From: Octopus sinensis
Taxonomy: Eukaryota
DNA length: 64,000 nt
Assembly (NCBI RefSeq): GCF_006345805.1
Contig: NC_042997.1
Location: 172,732,001 to 172,796,000, forward strand
Direction of reading: 5' to 3'
Shown here: positions 27,610 to 40,270 of the stretch, piece after piece
How positions within the stretch are numbered: the stretch's first letter is position 1
How the letters are laid out: the number at the start of each line of letters is the position of its first letter
Position numbers and translations under genes: made by a program
The notes under the pieces: model-generated
What the model was told of the DNA's origin: nothing
The model's database searches: none
The model's input: only the letters and a program-made list of their open reading frames with translations

Positions 27610-28298
27610 TCTTTTACTCTTTTACTTGTTTTAGTCATTTGACTGCGGCCATGCTGGAGCACCACCTTTTTAGTCGAGCAAATTGACACCAGGACTTATT
27701 CTTTGTAAGCCTAGTACTTATTCTATCAGTCTCTTTTGCCGAACTGCTAAGTTACGGGGATGTAAACACACCAGCATCGGTTGTCAAGCGATGTTGGGGA
27801 GACAAACACAGACACACAAACATATACACACACATACATATATATACATATATATACGATGGGCTTCTTTCAGTTTCTGTCTACCAAATCCACTCACAAG
27901 GCTTTGGTCAGCCCGAGGCTATAGTAGAAGACACTCTCATTTGTTTCAGTCATTTGACAGTGGCCATGCTGGAGCACCACCTTTAGTTGAGCAAATCAAC
28001 CCCAGGATTTATTCTTTGTAAGACTAGTACTTGTTCTATTAGTCTCTTTTTCGAACTGCTAAGTTATGGGGGACATTAACATACCAACATTGGTTGTCTA
28101 GTGGTGGTGGGGGAACAAACACAGACACACATATATAGGACGGGCTTCTTTCAGTTTTCGTCTACCAAATCCAGTCACAGGGCTTTGGTCAGCCCGAGGC
28201 TTATAGTACAAGACATTTACCAAGGTGCCATGCAGTGGGACTGAACCTGGAACCATGTGGTTGGTAAGCAAGCTACTTACCACTCATCCACTCCTGTG
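27610..28298 (-). mobile_element. Two head-to-tail SINE A copies (first truncated at about 27935)
   Basis: 3' signature TTTCAGTCATTTGAC/TTTTAGTCATTTGAC recurs at about 27630 and 27943. Confidence 0.85.
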
Positions 28299-28374
28299 CA
28301 GATAAAATTCTATTTGTTTTTTCTGGTAGGATTTCCTTTTGCTATTTTATTATTTTAAAGAAGCTCACTTTGAA

Positions 28375-28720
28375 ACCATGTGGTTTTGGGTTCAGTTTCA
28401 CTGCACAGCACTTTGGAAAGGTATCTTCAACCAATGCCTTGTGAGAGAATCAGGTAGATGGAAACTGTGTGGATGCCCATCATGAATATGTGTGTGTGTG
28501 TGTGTATCTTCATGCTTCTGTTTATCTTTGTGTTTCTGTTTATACCCACCACTGCTTGAGAACTGGTGTTGGTTTGTTTACATCCCCAGAATTTAGCAGT
28601 ATGATAAAAGAGACCAATGAAATAAGTTTGGAGTCAATTTTTTCAACTAAACCCATGAATGCAGTGCTCCAGCATGGCCATGGGCAAATGACTGAAACAA
28701 GAAAAATATAAAAGATAAAA
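28375..28720 (+). mobile_element. Diverged SINE A, opposite orientation to its neighbour
   Basis: CATGTGGTTTTGGGTTCAG head ... GCTCCAGCATGGCCA..ATGACTGAAACAAG tail. Confidence 0.7.
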
Positions 28721-29054
28721 CCATTATGTGTTTCTCATTATTTCTCATTACTTTTTCTTCAATATTTTAATCAAGATTTACAGTCTTTACTTAATAATAT
28801 CAAACCCCATCTCTTTTCTGTTAGTCCCTGACCAAAACTGATTCACAAACTTGCAATCTAAGGCATTCTAGCCATGACCATCCCATCTTTTTAGGAATAT
28901 ATAGGATTATACCATCTAATACGTCTCTTCTCTCTTCTCTTTTTAAGATGCTAGGGCATGATTTGAGGGGAAACTGAAGCTGCTATTTCTAGCTGGTCAA
29001 GCAATAATATAGAGGCTCCCTTGTAGGCTTGCTGTTGTTGTTGTTGCTGCTGCT

Positions 29055-29460
29055 GTTTGTTTGTTTGTTTGTTGAGCGAAGCGGTCTTCGTCCCAGAGCT
29101 CGCAAGATCGCACCTCAGGATTATCTGTAGAAGTCTGAAACGTGGTCCTTTGCTATTCGTAAGACCCACAGAAGAGAAAGCAGGTAATCCCCGACACCGA
29201 GAACATCGACGGATGGGTGAATGCGCATCCAGGCTCAGCGGTTGTGTAGGAAGTCGGGGACAAGAAACAGGAAGAAAGAGCGAGAGAAAGTTGGAGCGAA
29301 AGAGTACAACAGGGGTCACCACCACTCCCTGCCGGAGCCTCGTGGAGCTTTAGGTGTTTTAACTCAATAAACACACACAATGCCCGGTCTGAGAATCGAA
29401 ACCGCAATCCTCCAACTGAGAGTCCACTGCCCTAACCACTGGGCCATTGCGCCTCCACTG
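29055..29460 (-). mobile_element. Full-length SINE family E with alternative tail, (AAAC)n end
   Basis: Minus strand GGCGCAATGGCCCAGTGGTTAGGGCAGTGGAC...GGTTTCGATTCTC (A and B boxes); CpGs intact. Confidence 0.85.
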
Positions 29461-29704
29461 CTGCTGCTGTTGTTTAGCCCCAAGGTCAACCTTAATTGAG
29501 TGAACTTATACATTAAAAGTTTTCCAATCGCAACCATCCCATCTTTTTTTCTATGTACAGAGAACATTATCTAACATGTCCTTTTTAAGTTAGTAGAATG
29601 TGATTTGAGGGATCTTTGGCTGCTATTTCTAACAGAGTGATTAACCACGTAGAGTCTCCTTCACTGGCTCATTTTCTCCCTGTATTTGGGATTAGTGTAT
29701 TTAA

Positions 29705-30183
29705 TCTGGCGGAATTCTGTTTTAAACACCCCGTATAACCTTTCATAACTTTTTCATTTTTTGCAATTTTCAGAAAATTTTTGTGACTTTGTGTTTTACA
29801 CATGGGAATTCATACAGTTAAGCAAAAACCAAACATAAAAAATTTTTGGCGTGTGATTTAAGGACTATTTAGCAGTTATTTTTAGTACATATCACGATCA
29901 CCTGATACTCTCCCCTAAATACAATTAATGGTCTATTGATGGGATTTAATAAAAAAAATTTGGACTAACAATATTTGAAACTGGGATTTAGAAAAAAACA
30001 AAAATTCGTGAAGTTCAAAAAAATTTTTTTAATTTTGAAAAATTAAAAAAAAATCTTTTTGCTTTCATAGTCATTTTTGAATTCCTATGTGTAGATTACA
30101 AATTTGCAAAAATTTTTTGAAAGTTCCAAAAAATGAAAAAGTTATGAGGGGTTATGTGGGGTGCTTAAAGCAGAATTGCACCT
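29705..30183. mobile_element. MITE with long imperfect TIRs, Kolobok-like (TTAA-flanked)
   Basis: Left AATTCTGTTTTAAACACCCCGTATAACC...CATAACTTTTTCATTTTT mirrors right AAAAAATGAAAAAGTTATG...GGGGTGCTTAAAGCAGAATT; TTAA at 29701 and 30184; right end reads AGG. Confidence 0.65.
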
Positions 30184-30404
30184 TTAATCTATACAGGGTT
30201 TAAGATGATGGTTTCAGGAAATAGTGAGTAGTTTTTAGTTTTTATATCTTAGGATGTTGGACAAAATGCTTTGTAATAATTAGTTGTAGTCCCATACATT
30301 TTGAGTTCAAATTCCTTCAAGGTTAACTTTGCTTTCCATCTTTCTGAAGGATTGATCATAAAATTTAGTGTTTGTCAAGTGCCGCGTTGGTATCATCACT
30401 TCAG

Positions 30405-30700
30405 CGCTTAACATCCATCTTCCATACAGGCATGAGTGGGATGTTTGACAGGAGCCAGCCAGGCAGAAGCCTGCACCAGACTTCTGCAACTGTTTTGGCA
30501 GAATTTTTACAGCTGGATATCCTTCCTAACACCAACCACTCAGCAGAGTGGACTTAGTGCTTTTTACGTGGGACAAGCTCAGGCAAGGTCAATTTTGGCA
30601 AGGTTTTTACAGGTGGATGCCCTTCCAAATGTCGACCATTTTACAGTGTGGATTGGGTGCTTTTAAGTGGCACTTGCACTGACAGGGTTGCCAAGTACTT
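30405..30700 (-). mobile_element. Diverged family B-related element
   Basis: CAGCTGGATATCCTTCCTAACACCAACCAC block. Confidence 0.65.
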
Positions 30701-30764
30701 GCAAGACAAAAAAATCTCTCTTTTGAAAGGAGAGGGGGCTTTGGTGGAGATAATATATAATATA

Positions 30765-31075
30765 ATGAAATTATTGTATACAGTGCTCAGGTGCACCACA
30801 ACTAGTCAAAAGTGCATATAAAGTATATTCAGTAATGTACAAATGTCTGGAAAGTGAACAGTGTATGAGTCAGATACATGCTTGCGTGTGTATGGAGGTG
30901 AGAAAATCAGGTGTAGTGTTGGCGAATCTCAGGAAGCATGGAAGTTTTGAAGGATGCAGTGCTTCGACAACTAACAATTAATGCCAGCAGTTTGTTCCAT
31001 GCTTCAGCAACTCTTAGCGTGAAAAAATGTTTCCGAAAGTCATGGGAGCTGTGCTGTTTTCTGACTTTGTAAACA
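30765..31075 (-). mobile_element. CR1-like LINE 3' end
   Basis: Minus strand KHFFTLRVAEAWNKLLA...STASFKTSMLPEI, like the CR1 C-terminal FFS.RV...WN.LP motif. Confidence 0.75.
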
Positions 31076-31395
31076 CTAAGTCACATATCTTCATTAAGTT
31101 GTTAGTAAATAAGGTAAAACACAGGACTTTGAAATGGGTATGCAGGAAAGGAGTTGGTAGTTTTACCCAGTGTAAGTTAAAGACACATATGTGATGTAGA
31201 GGAATCACAAGCAAGCTAATAGTATTTTTGGTGTCCTGTACCCATATATGCATGTGTATATACATATATATGTAGGTATGTACATGTATGTATATATGCA
31301 TATATTTATATATTATTTATATTATTATATGATCGAACGCCACACATCCTTTTTCAAGTAAGTTTTATCTCTCTCTCTATCTATCTATCTATCTA

Positions 31396-31432
<37 letters not shown>

Positions 31433-32256
31433 TTTATCTTTTATTTGTTTTAGTCACAAGGCATTTATTGTCCCTGAGTTATGGCAGAAGACACTAGCTT
31501 ATGGTGCTGCATTGTGAAATTGAACCCATAAGCACTTGGTTGCAAAACAAACTTCTTAACCACAAACAATGTTCTGAAACTAACTGGAAAAAACCCAAAC
31601 TTTCTTTTTTTTTCCCCTTTAAAAGAAGACTACATACATTCAGTGCAATGGGCTGATATGAAGAAATCAAAATCTGAACCACAGAGAAATCCCCCAGTAG
31701 TTGCTGTGGTTATGACAAAAGAAAAAAAGATTTGTTGAAGTGTCACAAATCCAAACTAAATGCAGTAGAAGGAGATTTTGTCAGTTAGATCTGAGATATC
31801 TTCTGCAGGAAAACATGAAAGAAATACCATAAAGAACTTTCCAGATATACTGTAAATAATAGGTATGTTTAGATATTTTCTTCCTTTGGATAACTTTCCT
31901 TCTCCTTCAGCTTCTTCTGAGAAGTTCTTGCTGAGATCAAAAAAAATGTTTCGGCTTTTTTTTTGTTTTTTTTTTTTGTTTTTTGGGGGTGGTGATGGGG
32001 CATATGCGGTTATGTGCAATAGTTTTATAGTTTATTTATGCAACGTTTCGATGTAGTTTCCACTATTGTTTCTACTATTTTCTACAATTATCGCACATTG
32101 TATGTTAACCATATTTCATGTTGCTGTAGAGCCACCTGCAGCATATATATATAAATAAAATAGACATGCACGCATGCACACACACACACACGTATGTATG
32201 TATGTATGTATATATGTATGTAAATGTATATATATATATGTGTGTGTGTGTGTGTA

Positions 32257-32287
<31 letters not shown>

Positions 32288-32508
32288 CATACACATACAT
32301 ACATACATACATACATACATACACACATATATATATATGTATATGTATATATATATATATTTATTTATAAGTATCATTTCTTCACCTTTGGATGCAATCT
32401 AAAGATGTATATAAAACAGAGAAACAGAATTGTGGAGTCACACATGTATGCACACACACACACACACACAAACATACCTCTCTCATCTCCTTTCTCTCTC
32501 TCTCTCTA

Positions 32509-32569
<61 letters not shown>

Positions 32570-32711
32570 TATATATATTATATATATATATATATATGTG
32601 TGTGTTTGTGTGTGTGTATATATATATAAATATATACATACATATACGTGTACACACATTTACATATATATACATGTATATATATACATATATATATGTG
32701 CATGTGTGTGT

Positions 32712-32743
<32 letters not shown>

Positions 32744-33236
32744 TACATGCATCTTTACACACACACACATATATTAATGTATTCTACCTGTGGAGTAGAA
32801 GAAGAAATGTGTAATCACTGAGGTTTGTTTTATTTCTCCTTTGTGTCTTGGCTTAATAGTTTTGTGCTAAGTGAATGAAACCCCATGTAAGCTAACAGAC
32901 TGCAAGTTCCAATCGATGTAGCAACAAAATCTTTCTTTGAACTCACTGCACTTTCACATATGGAGTCTTAAATGCATGTAGGTGTGTTTATGTGTCTATT
33001 ACACACATATATCAGGCTCTAAAATCTTCTGACACACGTTTGTACTGAGCACAAGTACAAAACAGTTTTACACAACAGAATAAAGAAAATATATGTCCCT
33101 TTCTTACACACACACTCTCTCTCTCTTTCTCTCTCTCTCTATATATATATATACATATATACATACATACTATATATGTGTGTGTGTGTGTGTGTACTTT
33201 ATGTGTATGTATATATATATGTGTGTGCTTTATGCA

Positions 33237-33278
<42 letters not shown>

Positions 33279-33459
33279 TATGTGTGTGTGTGTGTGTGTG
33301 CTTTATGTGTATGTATGTATATATATATATTATATATGTGAGTGTGTGCTTTATGTATATATATAATATATATATAATATATACACATATGCACACATTT
33401 TTCTCTCTCTCTGTTTCTCGCTCTCCCTTTTTTCTATCTATATATGTGTATGTGTATGT

Positions 33460-33526
<67 letters not shown>

Positions 33527-33610
33527 ATATATACATATATATATTCTTTTATTCTTTTACTTGTTTCAGTCATTTGACAGTGGCCATGCTAGAACATCAT
33601 CTTGAAGGGT

Positions 33611-33707
<97 letters not shown>

Positions 33708-33894
33708 TGTATATACATACTTAATATTTTGGACTAATGGGTGTATGTTGATTAGTGTGCTGAAGTGTTGAGTAGAGAACTGGCACGGTTTGGGCCACCT
33801 GGTGTCATGGTGTCATCCGCAGTCAGGGTATATTTCCGTTGGATCCACTCCAGGAACTCTGCAGTGTTAGTTGAGATAATGATGATTGATTTAG

Positions 33895-34454
33895 TAACCA
33901 GAAAATGGATTTGGTATTAATCTTTATTTTGTACAATGGCTGTTTTGACCCATCATGCTACTGTCCCTTATGGGTAGGTCTCTGTTCAACATGTTGTGTC
34001 GCATCCATTTTGCAGTCTGGGTCTCAACAGGTACATCCTTTCATAAAGTTGTGTCTCACTAAAGATCCTGAGTTTTCACTGTCATATTGTTATATGCCCC
34101 TCTGGTTAGGGAATGAAACATTGCCACAATTTTCAGTTATTATTATCTTTCCATAATAAGAACTGCAATCATTTGTAAATATATGCAAAATGTTTGCAAT
34201 TCGTATTATGGAAAGATAATAGTAACTGAAAATTGTGACAATGGTTCCTTCCCTAAAAAGACAAGTGTATAACAACATGGGAGCCTAAACTCAAGATCTT
34301 TAGTGAGACAGAACTTTATGTATGAGACCCAAACTGCAAACTGGATGCAACACAGCATGTTGAATGGAGTCCCACCTATAAGGGACAGTAGCAAGATGGG
34401 TCAAAATGACTGTTGTACAAAATAAAGATTAATACCAAATTCAGCTTCTGGTTA
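33895..34454. mobile_element. Fold-back / palindromic MITE, TA-flanked
   Basis: About 270-bp arms pairing nearly to the centre (about 34178); TA-ACCAGAA...TTCTGGT-TA; mirrored ORF peptides CLTKD.EF and QFSV.IIFP. Confidence 0.8.
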
Positions 34455-34461
34455 TTTAACC

Positions 34462-34492
<31 letters not shown>

Positions 34493-34505
34493 TATATATA
34501 TATAT

Positions 34506-34545
<40 letters not shown>

Positions 34546-35330
34546 CAGGGTGTGGTGAATATATTGTTGTCTATTTTGCACAAAAATGAAAATAACATTG
34601 ACATCTCATTTTAACAGATAGATTTACCAAAATTACATAAAAATATCTTGAAATACTAAAGAGTATTTAATAAAATCACCATTGGCTTCAACCTCAGCAA
34701 CCAGACGACTTCGGAATCTCCTGCAACTCTTCTGAACGGTCTCATTGTTTAAGTTGGGGAATGCTGCCATAATCCTTGCTTTCAGTTCATCTTTGGTGTT
34801 ACAAAGAGATTGTTGGTCTCTTGCGCAACTGCCCCACACACATAATAATCAAGAAGGTTGCAGTCTACGGAGTTAGGTGGCCAGATGTTAGGAGTGATGT
34901 GATCACAGAAATTGTCTGACAACCATGACTGGGTTCTCCTGCTTGTGTGGCATGGTGCAGAGTCCTGTTGCCAGACATAGGGTCTTCCAGCAGCCACCCT
35001 CTTGACCAATGGCAGCACTACCTCCTCCAGACACTTGATGTAGGCCTCCATGTTGAGTGTGAGGCTGTGTGGGAAGATAAATGGTAGCATGACATCACCA
35101 TCGCTAGTGATCATCCAAAACACCCTGATGTTGACTGGATGTTTGATTTTTATCACACTTCATACATGTTTTGGGGACATGGCCAACAGTTGTTCTGTGT
35201 GTTCATCATCTGATCCTAGCAGAATTTTTTCTTGTCTGAGAAAAACCAAAGCATGTTTGGTTGGAGAGGATGCTTGAGTTTGTTCAAAAGCTTTGTAGCA
35301 CGTTTTGCCTCTTCTCCTTGATAAAAAACA
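34546..35330 (-). pseudogene. DD37D (maT-like) Tc1/mariner transposon remnant with one TIR
   Basis: PYVWQQDSAPCHTSRRTQSWLSDNF...WPPNSVDCNLLD (37 residues between the 2nd and 3rd catalytic D); frameshift to CNTKDELKARIMAAF; TA-CAGGGTGT end at 34546. Confidence 0.92.
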
Positions 35331-35962
35331 ATAGACTACCAAGTCATTTATATTTATTTATGGATAGGAGTAAGATGAGCAACATGAGTTAAAGCAGATT
35401 AATATGGTCCCTTACTGAAAGGAACTAGAGCTTTACCATAGAGTGGGAGATAATTAGTACAGATAAACTGTACGGAATGGGAGAAATGGATGTGAGTTAT
35501 GTATAGAAGAACTATACCAAATTTTTACATAAAGTCACAAATTTCTTAATTGGCTGGAATAGGCTCTAAGGTGCTTACATAAACATACCAAAGTATTTAA
35601 AAAATTTAACACATTCTAGATAACTCAATATCTCACTCACAGAAAGATGTGAAAGAAAAGATAGAAGCACATGTCCTAAACTCCCCAAGTACATGGCCTT
35701 TCCTTAACCAACTTAGAATATATTCCTTTTCTTTTTTACTACCCAGCCATGAAAGTATCTGAATAACTAAGAACATAACATAGAACTGAACTATCCTAAA
35801 ATAAAATACACCACAAGAGCTATACCTGAAAACAAGCTTATTAGGTACCCACCTACTACAGTACACAAAGAAGCCTGTGGAAACAGTAACACAAACTCTG
35901 ACCTAATTAGATTGAACCTTGACCTCAGCCAGCAACTGGTGTGAAACCAAGGTCAACCACAC

Positions 35963-36399
35963 TACTCTTTACTCTCTTTTACTCTTTTACTTGTTTCAGT
36001 CATTTGACTGCGGCCATGCTGGAGCACCGCCTTTAATCGAGCAACTCGACCCCGGGACTTATTCTTCGTAAGCCCAGTACTTATTCTATCGGTCTCTTTT
36101 GCCGAATTGCTAAGTGACGGGGACATAAGCACATCAGCATCAGTTGTCAAGCAATGCTAGGAGGACAAACAGAGACACACAAACATACATGCACACATAC
36201 ATATATATATATACATATATTTATATACTTATATACGACGAGCTTCTTTCAGTTTCCCTCTACTAAATCCACTCACAAGGCTTTGGTCGGCCCAAGGCTA
36301 TAGTAGAAGATACTTGCCCAAGGTGCCATGCAGTGGGACTGAACCCGGAACCATGTGGTTGGTAAACAAGCTACTTACCACACAGCCACTCCTGCGCCT
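35963..36399 (-). mobile_element. SINE family A, full length, CpG-rich (young)
   Basis: Complete head-to-tail match to the other family A copies. Confidence 0.92.
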
Positions 36400-36758
36400 A
36401 GTTTACAAACATATCAGATTTCAGATTCAAAATGATTACCCCTCACTGCCCCTTGAACCCTAACCAGTGAACAACTAAATGAATTCAGTTTGCTTCAAGC
36501 CAAGCTGGTTGAAAGACCCTGAACAAAGCTGCACAGAAAGCTATACTTAATTGCATATGCAAGTGCACATGCTCTATGAAGTGGAAACACATGTAGGGCA
36601 CCATAACCATAAAAATATGCTGTATGACATTGTAAAATAAAAGGAAATAAATTTTGAGGTTGTACCAGTTTCCATATTCTCTATTGTTGTCATAATTATC
36701 GTTAATATACAGTCCAGATAATATTAACATCTTGTGAAGTGAACACAGAATTACCCAT

Positions 36759-36984
36759 CTGAGGAGTTTACAGCATGAGTGATAACTCCTAGTAGTCATC
36801 GATATTAAATGCTAATCCATGTGGTTAGCTGTAACCTGGAACATAACTGAGAGCTATCATGGTACCTGCCTGGACAATAAATCCTCCTAAACTCACATAT
36901 GTTCCAGGTTACAGCTAACCACATGGATCAGCATTTAATATCTATGACTACTAGGAGTTGTCACTCATGCTGTAAACTCCTCAG
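36759..36984. repeat. 87-bp inverted repeat with 52-nt spacer
   Basis: Arms 36759-36845 and 36898-36984; 84/87 Watson-Crick pairs. Confidence 0.95.
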
Positions 36985-36999
36985 CTGTATGTATGCATG

Positions 37000-37030
<31 letters not shown>

Positions 37031-37057
37031 TGTGTGTGTGTGGTGTGTGTGTCTGTC

Positions 37058-37130
<73 letters not shown>

Positions 37131-37289
37131 ATAAAGTACAAGGCTCTGTGATAAGCAGTCTGCTTCCCAACAACCTAGTTTCAGGTTCAGTCCTACTGCA
37201 TAGCACCTTGGGCAAGTCTTTCTAATATAGCACCTTCAGGTTGACCAAAACCTTGTGAGTGGATTTGGTAGATGGAAACTGAAAGAAGT

Positions 37290-37525
37290 GCGGTGAGCTG
37301 GCAGAAACATTAGCATGCCGGGTGAAATGCTTAGCGGTATTTCATCTGCCGCTACATTCTGAGTTCAAATTCTGCCGAGGTCAACTTTGCCTTTCATCCT
37401 TTCGGTGTCAATTAAATAAGTACCAGTTATGCACTGGGGTCGATATAATTGACTTACTCCATTTGTCTGTCCTTGTTTGTCCTCTCTGTGTGCAGCTCCT
37501 TGTGGGCAGTAAAGAAATAGGAAAC
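37290..37525 (+). mobile_element. SINE family D (Deu/Nin-domain-like)
   Basis: GAGGTCAACTTTGCCTTTCATCCTTTCGG...TAAGTACCAG block; matches 56745-56980. Confidence 0.8.
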
Positions 37526-37610
37526 TGAAAGAAATGCATTGGCTGTGTATGTGTATATATATATATATATATATAATATATATAATATATATATATATTA
37601 TATATATCAT

Positions 37611-37880
37611 CATCATCATCGTCGTTGTTTAACGTCCGTTTTCCATGCTAGCATGGGTTGAACGGTTTGATCGGGGTCTGGGAAACCAGGAGGTTGCACC
37701 AGGCTCCAGTCTCATCTGGCAGTGTTTCTACAGTTGGATGCCCTTCCTAACACCAACCACTTCGTAAGTGTAATGGGTGCTTTTTATGTGCCACCGGTAC
37801 AGGTGCCAGGGGAGGCTGGCAACAGCCACAATCAGTAGGTGGTTTTTATGTGCCACCAGCAGCACGGAAGCTAGTCAAGG
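37611..37880 (-). mobile_element. Family B element
   Basis: CATCATC tail, GTTTAACGTCCGTTTTCCATGCTAGCATGGG. Confidence 0.85.
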
Positions 37881-38216
37881 CGGTGCATGCACACACACAT
37901 ATATGTATGTATGTGTTTATGTATGAGTATATATCAATATATGTGTGTCCTTGTCTTTGTTTTGTCCTGATCCTGACTACCACCACTTCACAACCAGTGT
38001 TGATTTATTTACATCCCTGTAACTTACCGTTTCGTCAAATGAAACCAATAGAATAAGTACCAGACTTAACAGGCTTAAGTAATAAATCCTGGGGTCAATT
38101 TGTTTGACTAAACCCTTCAAGACAGAGCCTCAGCATGGCCACAGTTCAATGGCTGAAACAAATAAAAGAATAAAAGAATATGTATGTATGTGTGTGTATA
38201 TGTGTGTGTATATATA

Positions 38217-38254
<38 letters not shown>

Positions 38255-38285
38255 ACATGTTCTATAAATGCTCATAACACACCTC

Positions 38286-38316
<31 letters not shown>

Positions 38317-38399
38317 ATGTGTGTATGTGTGTGTGTCCGTGTTTGTGTGTATGTATATGTGTGTATATATATGTATATATATACATACACACAAAATAC

Positions 38400-38432
<33 letters not shown>

Positions 38433-40270
38433 CATTCACACAGAGGGAGTGACAGTAGGAGAAAGAGAGAGAAAGAGAGACAGACAGACAGAGAGACAGA
38501 AAAATAAAAATTCATCTATTTTGAGAATCAGTTTGATTTTGAGATATTAAAATTGGGAAATACAAATACATTAACTCATAAGTATTTATTACATACATAC
38601 ATATCTATATCTCTCTCTCAGTATATATATATCTCTCTCTATATATATAGATATAGATGTGCATGTGTGAATATATATGTGTATGTGTGTGCATGTGTGT
38701 GTGAATTTGTTTATATGAATATATTCTTCTTCCTCGACACACCCACAACACAAGTCAGTTTCATCTTTAACAATTCCAGTTCTACACTCCAACTCCCCAA
38801 AGAACAGCAGAGCAGTCAGTATTATGTTCTCTGAATTAATAAAACTCTATTAGTGCTAGCCCTCCAGACCCAACTGCCGCTTACCATTATCTGTGATTCG
38901 GAGTTATGTGCATGTATATTAAAAGATATTGTCACTAAACTCTTGCAATGATTTGTTGAAGCTGGTCGACAATCGTGAAAATAGCCATGATCAATGGTTG
39001 CAGTCTTGGTCGAGGCTGAGGTCTCGTTTTCACTAATTGTATATGTATGTGTGTGTGTGTGTATGCGTGTGTATATGTTTGTAAGAGATGGAGAGTGAGG
39101 AGGAGAGAAAAGGAGGAAAACAATGAGGGTGAGAGAAAAAGAGGAGAAAAAGAAAGAGGGAGGAAGCGAAAAGGAGAGAGAGGGATGGAGAATTTACTGG
39201 AGGAATGTGCCAATAATTTAAAATAATTTCTTCAAGCGATAGTTTGTAATGGTATTTTCTATAATACTGTGCTGTGAATACGAGAGATGGGGTATGGCAT
39301 CCAGCCAACTCCTAGCCAGAAAATCATCAACTGGAAAATGAGATTTAGATCAAATAGAAAACTGTATTCCAAGACAGTCAATACACTGAATAATTCTCTA
39401 GAGTGGGAGGAGACGGTATATTGCCTACAGTGGATGGGAAAAGCAAGAAGAAGGGGCAGGGGAAAAGTTTCCTTAGTCTCACATACATTTGCTTCCATGT
39501 GTATTATATTCACAGATGTGTGTACGCATATATACACATATATAAAATTTGTGTGATTGTGTCCAATAATTTTACACATGTTCATACATATTGCAACCTT
39601 ATGACTATAAATATATGTGATTAAGTAGAATGTACAGATTTTTGTATAGGTGAAGGGGATGATTGGAAGAATCAGTGGTGCGTCAAACAAAATGTCTCGC
39701 TGTATTTATTGCAGCTCTTTATAGTTTGATTTCAAATTCTGCCAAGGTCAACTTTACTTTTCATGCTTCTTGGGAGTTAATAAAAATAAAATAAAATATT
39801 TATCAAGTATTGATATCACTTTAATTCAATGATGATTTGTGACAAAAGGCAGTGCCCAAATACCCAGCTAACTCTGGGTATCTGACAACAGGTAAAGTAA
39901 CATATTGGTTTCGGTACAATGCTGTTACATCAATACTATTTATCTTTTACACTCTTAATCTCTATATTAGAGACAACGCAACACAAAAGTGAAAAAGAAA
40001 ATGCAGTAACTGACCTGTCGACAATCTACTCTTTTACTTGTTTCAGTCGTTTGACTGTGGCCATGCTGGAGCACCACCTTTAGTCGAGCAAATCAACCCC
40101 AGGACTTATTCTTTGTAAGCCTAGTACTTATTCTATCAGTCTCTTTTGTTGAACTGCTAAGTTACGAGGATGTAAACACCCCAGCATTGGTTGTCAAGCG
40201 ATGTTGGGGGGACAAACACAGACACACAAACATATACACACACATACATACATACATATATATATATATA

